Below are positions 35,722 to 42,882 of a stretch of 42,882 bases of DNA, piece after piece. The first letter of the stretch is position 1. Every line of letters starts with the position of its first letter. Where the stretch lies: positions 1 to 42,882 of the IMG/VR virus record IMGVR_UViG_3300033521_000722; one strand, given 5' to 3'. The position numbers and the translations under genes were made by a program. Source of the stretch: a virus (taxonomy: Duplodnaviria > Caudoviricetes). The notes under the pieces were generated by a model, which saw nothing but the letters and a program-made list of their open reading frames with translations, ran no database searches and was not told the DNA's origin.

Positions 35722-38700
35722 GTGGGGATACTTGATCAACTGTGGGATGAAACCACTGGAGAACAGACTGAAGAACCAGAGGTAGAATCCGAAGACAAAG
35801 TAGACTCAGATCAAACAGACCTGCTTAGCAAGATGTGGGACGAAGTCGATTCTTCCAAGAAAGAAGACATGAGTGACGAGTCCACAATGCTACAGCTCGC
35901 TCAAGCGGAGAAGCGTATTGGTCAGGGTATTATTGGCAGTCCCGGTTCTATGCTTCGGGGTGCTGCCGGGATGGTTGAAAGTCAGGATTGGAAAGAGGCT
36001 GACATTGCTGATTGGCAGAGAGAGGAAGCTCTCCGCAGATATTTTGAAAAACATCCTGGTGCAGATTATACCAAGCCTGGTAAGGTTCCAACAGAACCTA
36101 TTGACCCTGTTGAGAAGAGAATAATCCTAGAGCAGGTACTGGCAGAAACTGCTGACCAAAGGGAACAGCAGCTTGAAACTCAGACGGGATTCAATAAAGA
36201 GAAGAGAGCAGAGTTAAGAAAAGAGCAGCATGATGTGCTCCCTCCACTGCTTCGTAAAGCAGCTGAAGCTTTCCCCAAGGTTGACGAGAAACGTGGTTTC
36301 AAGGAAGGCACTGTAGCGGGGTGGTTTGAAGATGTTGGCGTAGCACTTGGTGAGTCTGCTCTTCCTATGGCTGCGACCATGGTAAGCGGTCCCGGTGGGT
36401 TTTCCCTGATGTACGCTCAGATGTACGGGGATGACTACGACAAGTTTAGAAAGAAGGGACTGTCTGAGATAGACGCTGGTCAAGCAGCAATGGTCAGTGC
36501 GCTGCCACAAGCTATAATGGAATCTGGTGGTACCATTGTTGAACTCAAGGCAGCTTGGAAGATGCTTGAGAAAGCTGCTGCAAAAAGCCCAGCACTGTCA
36601 CGTGTTGTCACGACAATGCAGGGGGTACTCACTGGTGCAGCAGGTGAAACAGTTGAAGAAGTATCACAGGGCAGGTGGTCAGTTGTCGCTGAGACAATGG
36701 CTCTGTACCCGAATGATACTCCAGAACAACTTGCAAAAAAGGTCAGGGAAGTATGGGCATCTCCAGAGTTTCAAGCCCAAGAAAATAAGTCAATGTCTGT
36801 TGCAGCTGGTGTTGGTGGTCTAATCCCAGGAGCAGCAGCAGCAGCTAGAACTGCATTCGATGTCAATGCGTACTTCAAGAACAAAGCGGAGAAGAGCGCA
36901 TCCGATTCCGCAGCTGGGAAACCCACAGTCAAACCTAGCTCAGATGTAGACGCTGCCTTTGCAGAAGAAGAGGAGACACCCACTGTCTCCGAGAAGGATC
37001 TCGCTGGGACAGAGAAGGAAGTTGAAACCCCAGCACCTGGACGTGGCATCCTTGAGCTGCCAGTGGACAAGGTTACAGCAGAGGAACGAGCAAAGGAAGC
37101 AGACATTGCCAGGAGAGAACAGCTCGCTGAAAGGGACAGGGTAACAGGTCTCCAGAAAGAGCTGCCACAAGAGCCCGAGCCTCGTGAGATCTTCCCTCAG
37201 ATGGAGATTGCTGATCCTAACTTAGAGCTGGAAGACGAGAGGGAAGAACGTGAAGCAAGAGAGAAAGCTGAAGCACTCAGGAAATCGAAAGAAGCCGAGC
37301 TGGGAGAAGCACCCGAGCCCACAAAGGCTGAGGACCGAGCTGCTGAGGACAGAGAATTTGAAGCCTTCCAAAGGCAAGCTGCGAACAAGACGTACACTGA
37401 TGAAGAAGCTGCCAAGGGAAGGGGTATCTTAGAGCGGGAAGCTGAAGACAAAGAGATAGCAGAGTTTGAGCGGAAAGCAACAACAGCTGTCTACACAGAG
37501 CCCTCACAGCTCAGCTCTGGCATGCCTGACACAGCTGTGGCTATTGCCCAGGACGAGACGAAGCAGGACACAGAGCTGAAAGCACAGGCACAGGCTCAAG
37601 TCCAACAGGTCCAACAGGAACGTGCTCAGGCCCAGGAAGAGGCACAAGTCCAGGCGCAGGAACAGGCTCAGGCTCAGGTAGCTCAGGCGCAGCAAGCCCA
37701 GCTCCGGGCACAGCAAGTTGAGAACCTTCGCTTCAACCAGGCCATGTCTACCCCCGAAGGGGCTATGACTGAAACCTCCAATGTTCTCAACTTCTTAGAG
37801 AAGACCGGGGACAAGACCATCACCCGTGTGTCAAAACCCATCCGTGACCTCCACAAAGCCCTCGCCACAAACGAGGAGAACCCCAAGAAACTCAACTCCT
37901 TGAAGTATGAAGTTAATGAGAAATCTAGGGATGCTGGTAAACTCGACCCCAAATTGAGCACGGTGATCTCTGCCCTCACCAGGATGGCAGACAAGAGAAT
38001 CACGGACCTCAACATAGCAGCTGCCAAGGAACAGAAGGCCAAAGAAGCAGCCAAGGCAAAGCCAAATCAAGCCCAGGATCAACGATCTCCCGGAGAGAAG
38101 GGCGTTGATGCCCTTATTGCCCAGGAACGCAGCAAGGCCAAGCCCAAGCAGCCAGAGAAGACAAGCACAGCCAAGGCTGAGCTGGAAAAAGCAAGGGCCA
38201 AAACCTCAGAGCCTACCCCAAAGAAACCCAGCAAAGCTGTTATCAAAGACGAAGAAACTGGCAAAACAATTGCCGGGAAGTGGGCTGATGCCGATCTGTA
38301 TACTCAGGCCGAGGAGCCAGAGGAAGTCCTGGAGAAGGAAGCAGCGAAGAAGGAAACCAAAGAAGAGCGTATAAAAAAGGATACAGCTGCATCTCAGGTG
38401 GACCTGACCGAAATCGAAGACATGATCCTGGCGAACAGTCCAGAACTTTCCACAGCGATGGCAGAGATTGCCGAGATCGGTGGACGTGAGAACTACCAGG
38501 ATTGGCTAAACCCTGGAAAGATGTATGCCCGGTTGATCAAGAGAAGGACCAGCCAAGGAACACCCCTGTACAAGGCGAAGGAAGAAGTCCTTCCAATAGT
38601 CCAACGCTATGGTGAGCTGTACGAAGCAATCCTGGAAGAGCTGCCCAGCGAAGAGAAGAAGGTTCAGAAAGAAGAGCCGAAGAGTACCAAGGGTAAGGAA

Positions 38701-41700
38701 ACCAAGGCTCCCGCTAAACCAGAATCGAAGCTCAGGAAGAAGTCCCCGCAGTACATGACAGGTGAAGGGCTCTCGGTAAAGGATGTCAACCGTGTTGTTG
38801 AGCGAGCCAAGATCGGTCTTGCGAAAATCGCAAAAATTGTTGTGTTAAAGGCAAATGAAGATCTGGAAGGGGAGAATGATCACCTGTATAATTCGATGAA
38901 GAGAGAGGGTGCTCTTGGTCATGTGGCAGGTCTCTTCGACCCGAACACAAAAACGATCTATCTCTTTTCAGATGTGATTCAAGACAAGGATTCTGTTGGC
39001 TACACAGTGATGCACGAGCTGGGACACTTCAGCCTCGATGAACTTCTCGGTGATAGTCTCAACCCACTGCTTGACAGAATAAAATCAAAGTACCAAAGTG
39101 AGATCAAAGCAAGGATCAAACAGTATGAGTGGGCAGACACCATTGAGAACAGGAGACGCATCGCCAACGAGATCTTGATCGACAAATTCATGGACGGATC
39201 TGACCCAACCCTGAAGCAAAGATTGGTAGACCTTATCAATCAGTTCATGAAGAAGTTGGGATTCAATGCGATCACTGAGGAAGACGTTAATGACCTTGTC
39301 AAAGCCATAAAAGAAAACCTGACCAAGGGGCATGCCGAAGTTCCTGCCAACATCTCCACAGCTCTGAGTAAGGGCTCACCATGGGTGCAACCAAACTATA
39401 TGCTGAAGAGTGTACAAAAGAAAGTTCATATCAGGGATAACACACCTGACGAGATGCGAACCTATGAAGTCTCTGTGTATCCTGGAGAGATGGCGAAGAT
39501 CAAGGATAAGAAGAGTGATGCCGAGCTGCCAACGCTGAAGGCTGCGAGAGCTATCAACACCAACCCTGAGCGTGTCAAGGATTGGCAAAAGATTTATGAC
39601 ACAGCTGCCAAGATGGACAAGTGGGCTGACGTTAAGAAGACAAACAAGGATGGGAAGCTGAAGGATATCCTTGTAGTGTCCCTCACCAAGGGCTGTCAAA
39701 GGACACGCACCATCATTGAACGTGTTGAGAATGGTATCCTCCCACTGGAGACCCGCATCGAAGCTTGCTTTGGTGGTGACTGCTGGGTCAACAAACAATT
39801 CAACAGGCTGTTCTCCAGCTTTGAGAACATGGAGACAAGAGATCTCAAGCTTGCAACCAAAGAACAGATCAAAGTCTGGTTCAAGTCCAAGAAGGTTATT
39901 GAGTCCCTGAAGAAGACACCCTTCATCAGGCAAGGGCAGCAAGGGGATGACAGCCACTTGTTTGCTTCTGGTGTTGCACTCGAATGGCTCAAGCAAAAGA
40001 AAGCAGCGGGTATCACAACGAAGGATATCTTCATCTCAGCCAGCTATGCACCTGTAACCAAAGAGCAGTACGAGGAGTTGGCAGAATACAAAGATCTCTT
40101 TGAGATACACTTTAGTAACTCGGGCTGGTTCCACAAGAACGAAGTTATGATCAGGCTTGCTGAGTTTCAAGCTGCCAAGGATGCAGGTTTGAATGCATCT
40201 ATTCGTTTGATCACAAATGAAAACAAGATCTCTGGTATTGAGATGGTGAACGAGGACTTCATTCGCCAGCAAATGAAAGAGATAGGTGTGCAGCAGAGTG
40301 AAGTACTAGAGACTCCGTTCCATGATGACGCTGCCAAAGGTCAGAAGAGATCTAAGCCTTCCGGGGATTTCAAATTCATTTGTTGTGAAACCGGGAACTG
40401 CCGTACCTGTGGTGTGCACTGTATGACAGCTGTCCACAACGGAAGTGTTGCAGCTTCATACTCCAGAACAGACATAGGTGAGGGGACTGTTGGGAAAGAA
40501 AAGAAACCTGAAACCAAGAAGACTGTAGAGGCAACGCTGGAAGCACTGAAGAAGCCTGACCTAGACAAAATTGCTGAGCCTCAGTATCACATTATCACCA
40601 AACCTCCGAAGAAAACAAAGAAGGGCTACAAGCTGTGCAAGGTAAACAAGGCTGGCAAGATCTTCCCTCCGATCATAGAGGGGAAACAGCCAGAGCTGCC
40701 GATAGGGGTGTGGCTGGAAGCTGAAGATCTCACAGGTCAAGCCAAGAAGCAGGGGCTTGCTCCACGGCTCGGCTGGCACCTTGGTATGTACCCCATCACA
40801 AAGCACCTGACAGAGAAGGGACGTGTATGGACTGAGGTTGAGATTGCTGATGATGTTGATTGGCAAGACAAGGCCGAGGAAACAGACACACTTGACATCA
40901 GGTCAGAGGTACCCCTTGGTGGTCACTACAAGTACCCTGTTCCAGAGGAACGGGGATACGCCTGGTACATTGCCGGGGCTATGAAGATAAACAAGATCCT
41001 CACTCCTGAAGAGGTTGAACAGATTCGCAAGGAGACAGAGGACGAGAAGAACCAGGCAATGAAGGAGCTGAAGGAGTGGTCAAAGAAACAGCTCGCAGTT
41101 GTCAAGGAGCGACAGGACGCAAAGAAGAAAGCACTCAAAGCTGGGAAACCTGCTCCTCAGTACCAGCTCAAGACAAGGCGAGAGTTTGCAAAAGACCAGG
41201 AAGCTGAGCTGTCCAAGTACAGACCCACCAAGGCAGAAGTCGCAGCTCGCAGAGAGAAGTTTGAGAAAGAGAACAAAGTCCGTGAGCAGATAAGGAACGA
41301 GAACCCACCTCCAGCTGTAGACCCGAAGCTGTCCATGTCCGAGCAGCACGAGAAGATGAAGGCTTGGCGTGACGATCTCAATGAGAAAGTATCTGCTGCC
41401 ATAGCTGAGCTGCATGGAGAGAAGGCTTCACCTCAGTACATGTTGAGCACCAACACCAAGAGGTGGAAGGAATCGTTTGCCCGTGCCCAGGACATATACA
41501 GGGATACACTTGACGAGACAGTCAAGGCAATCAGAAATGCTGACATAGAGAATGGTGAGAAGCAACCCTGGTCTGTCCTGCCCAAGATGAAGGTCATGAA
41601 GATCTGGAGAGACTTCATGGACGCTGGGTACGTCAAAGACGAGAAGGGCATTGACAAGATAGCCGACAGGGTAGCCAGAAATATCATTGGCATTGTTGTG

Positions 41701-42882
41701 AACACTGACCTTATCCCGAGCAGTGCAAGGAATGCACCTCGCAGCGCAGACACACTACATATCTACAATGAGTACATGTCCTCACTGGAGGAATCAGGAC
41801 AGACACTTCTGTGGGAGAACGTCAGGGACTACCTGGAGATGGAAGGTGTTGAGGATGAAGTCTTCGGAAGGGACAATGCTCTGAGGACATCTGACTTTGG
41901 TCTTCACCTGAAGGATGCAGTAGAAGTTCTCAACGCAGCCACAGCTGAAGAGAAGCTGCTTGCAGTTGACCGCACATTCAATAAGGTGCACCAGAGGTAC
42001 GACCTTGCGTCCCTCTTCATAGAGGGTGGGGTAAGAACCCTTGACGAAATAGCTGGCAAGGAATCGGAAGCGCACCTCACCCAGCGTGAGATGAAGCAGC
42101 AGCGCACACTCATGGGTGAATTCAGAGACGCTCAGAAACGAGCTGCTGAAGAGGCACTGAGGAATGAAGAGACTCCTGCACAGCTCAAGAAGTGGGCAGA
42201 TGAAGTCATAAAAAAGATTACTTCTGATGAGGATACAGAAAATATCTCCAGAATCGAAAGAGACCTGGATAACACCAAGAGAGCAATTGAGGCTGACATA
42301 CGAGCACAGCGAGGTGATTTCAGGTCACTGTCCAGAAGCCTACCAATAAAGTGGGTAGAGAAAAAACCAGAGACAGAGAAGCAGACTGTCAAGAGAAGGC
42401 TCCAGGATATTCAGTACCTCACAGTTGACCAGCTGGCAAAGCAGCTGATTGACACAGGTGCAAAGGAAAGCAAGGTAGAGAAGCTGAAGGTGTTCCTGGA
42501 GAAGGTGAACAAGAAGTACGCTGGGCTCCTGGACATCATCAAGTCTGTCACACATGCGAAGCTCAAGGGCATGCACGGTGAGACCACTGGCAAGAGCATC
42601 AGGCTCGATACCCTTGACGAGATGACCCTTGGTCATGAGATAGGAGAGGTACTCAGTGGTGGGCTTACCATAGCTCGTGGACAGCTGCGCCAGAACCAGG
42701 GAATGGAAGACGTGGCTGACGCTGTAGCGTTCAGGCTTATGGAAGATGCTGGCATGAAGGTCAAGTGGACTGACGGTGCCCTCTTTGCACAGGAACGAGC
42801 TGACGAACTGCTCAGGCCATACGAGACAGCTCAGAAGTTGGAAGAGCTGGAAGAGATCCTGGACCTGATCTATGAGAACGAG
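35722..42882 (+). CDS. giant multidomain internal virion/polyvalent protein, truncated by the window end (at least 2387 codons)
   Basis: GAGGTG RBS then GTG 35722 (MGILDQLWDE...); no stop in the stretches I translated, and its absence from the ORF track fits a frame open to the end; zincin motif HELGH at 39013-39027. Confidence 0.85.
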   Translation, partial: MGILDQLWDETTGEQTEEPEVESEDKVDSDQTDLLSKMWDEVDSSKKEDMSDESTMLQLAQAEKRIGQGIIGSPGSMLRGAAGMVESQDWKEADIADWQREEALRRYFEKHPGADYTKPGKVPTEPIDPVEKRIILEQVLAETADQREQQLETQTGFNKEKRAELRKEQHDVLPPLLRKAAEAFPKVDEKRGFKEGTVAGWFEDVGVALGESALPMAATMVSGPGGFSLMYAQMYGDDYDKFRKKGLSEIDAGQAAMVSALPQAIMESGGTIVELKAAWKMLEKAAAKSPALSRVVTTMQGVLTGAAGETVEEVSQGRWSVVAETMALYPNDTPEQLAKKVREVWASPEFQAQENKSMSVAAGVGGLIPGAAAAARTAFDVNAYFKNKAEKSASDSAAGKPTVKPSSDVDAAFAEEEETPTVSEKDLAGTEKEVETPAPGRGILELPVDKVTAEERAKEADIARREQLAERDRVTGLQKELPQEPEPREIFPQMEIADPNLELEDEREEREAREKAEALRKSKEAELGEAPEPTKAEDRAAEDREFEAFQRQAANKTYTDEEAAKGRGILEREAEDKEIAEFERKATTAVYTEPSQLSSGMPDTAVAIAQDETKQDTELKAQAQAQVQQVQQERAQAQEEAQVQAQEQAQAQVAQAQQAQLRAQQVENLRFNQAMSTPEGAMTETSNVLNFLEKTGDKTITRVSKPIRDLHKALATNEENPKKLNSLKYEVNEKSRDAGKLDPKLSTVISALTRMADKRITDLNIAAAKEQKAKEAAKAKPNQAQDQRSPGEKGVDALIAQERSKAKPKQPEKTSTAKAELEKARAKTSEPTPKKPSKAVIKDEETGKTIAGKWADADLYTQAEEPEEVLEKEAAKKETKEERIKKDTAASQVDLTEIEDMILANSPELSTAMAEIAEIGGRENYQDWLNPGKMYARLIKRRTSQGTPLYKAKEEVLPIVQRYGELYEAILEELPSEEKKVQKEEPKSTKGKETKAPAKPESKLRKKSPQYMTGEGLSVKDVNRVVERAKIGLAKIAKIVVLKANEDLEGENDHLYNSMKREGALGHVAGLFDPNTKTIYLFSDVIQDKDSVGYTVMHELGHFSLDELLGDSLNPLLDRIKSKYQSEIKARIKQYEWADTIENRRRIANEILIDKFMDGSDPTLKQRLVDLINQFMKKLGFNAITEEDVNDLVKAIKENLTKGHAEVPANISTALSKGSPWVQPNYMLKSVQKKVHIRDNTPDEMRTYEVSVYPGEMAKIKDKKSDAELPTLKAARAINTNPERVKDWQKIYDTAAKMDKWADVKKTNKDGKLKDILVVSLTKGCQRTRTIIERVENGILPLETRIEACFGGDCWVNKQFNRLFSSFENMETRDLKLATKEQIKVWFKSKKVIESLKKTPFIRQGQQGDDSHLFASGVALEWLKQKKAAGITTKDIFISASYAPVTKEQYEELAEYKDLFEIHFSNSGWFHKNEVMIRLAEFQAAKDAGLNASIRLITNENKISGIEMVNEDFIRQQMKEIGVQQSEVLETPFHDDAAKGQKRSKPSGDFKFICCETGNCRTCGVHCMTAVHNGSVAASYSRTDIGEGTVGKEKKPETKKTVEATLEALKKPDLDKIAEPQYHIITKPPKKTKKGYKLCKVNKAGKIFPPIIEGKQPELPIGVWLEAEDLTGQAKKQGLAPRLGWHLGMYPITKHLTEKGRVWTEVEIADDVDWQDKAEETDTLDIRSEVPLGGHYKYPVPEERGYAWYIAGAMKINKILTPEEVEQIRKETEDEKNQAMKELKEWSKKQLAVVKERQDAKKKALKAGKPAPQYQLKTRREFAKDQEAELSKYRPTKAEVAARREKFEKENKVREQIRNENPPPAVDPKLSMSEQHEKMKAWRDDLNEKVSAAIAELHGEKASPQYMLSTNTKRWKESFARAQDIYRDTLDETVKAIRNADIENGEKQPWSVLPKMKVMKIWRDFMDAGYVKDEKGIDKIADRVARNIIGIVVNTDLIPSSARNAPRSADTLHIYNEYMSSLEESGQTLLWENVRDYLEMEGVEDEVFGRDNALRTSDFGLHLKDAVEVLNAATAEEKLLAVDRTFNKVHQRYDLASLFIEGGVRTLDEIAGKESEAHLTQREMKQQRTLMGEFRDAQKRAAEEALRNEETPAQLKKWADEVIKKITSDEDTENISRIERDLDNTKRAIEADIRAQRGDFRSLSRSLPIKWVEKKPETEKQTVKRRLQDIQYLTVDQLAKQLIDTGAKESKVEKLKVFLEKVNKKYAGLLDIIKSVTHAKLKGMHGETTGKSIRLDTLDEMTLGHEIGEVLSGGLTIARGQLRQNQGMEDVADAVAFRLMEDAGMKVKWTDGALFAQERADELLRPYETAQKLEELEEILDLIYENE

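Noticed and set aside
37580-37720. Q/A-rich repeat in the giant ORF
   Set aside because: Ordinary low-complexity coiled-coil linker.
35722-42882. N4-like virion RNA polymerase
   Set aside because: Despite the N4-gp56-type capsid and GAA hairpins, I found no polymerase motifs in the parts I translated; the ORF continues beyond the window, so it cannot be fully excluded.

Overview
This window is the morphogenesis (late) half of a short-tailed dsDNA phage or prophage. It carries terminase small and large subunits, a ~710-aa portal, scaffold, an N4-gp56-type major capsid protein, two head-tail adaptors, a nozzle, tail-tip proteins, ejection proteins and a giant ORF (35722 to the window end, at least 2387 codons, missing from the ORF track). 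Positions ~460-1990 are a divergent non-coding control region with promoters, palindromic operators and hairpins. The most unusual feature is an 8.5-kb cassette (11141-19700) that is translationally coupled inside a fibre-gene block lying between terS and terL. It encodes an MFS-like transporter, two divergent PanC-fold (adenylating amide ligase) proteins, two radical SAM enzymes each followed by a paralogous small helical partner, and two Asp/Asn-rich repeat proteins that share a leader-like N-terminal motif. I infer a phage-encoded RiPP-like or virion-protein modification system. Other oddities are a six-level nested-domain fibre protein, an Fe-S/radical-SAM-like domain and recurring PQY linkers inside the giant protein, and dense GAGCTGT motifs in the control region. 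All family assignments come from motifs recognised by eye; no database search was run.
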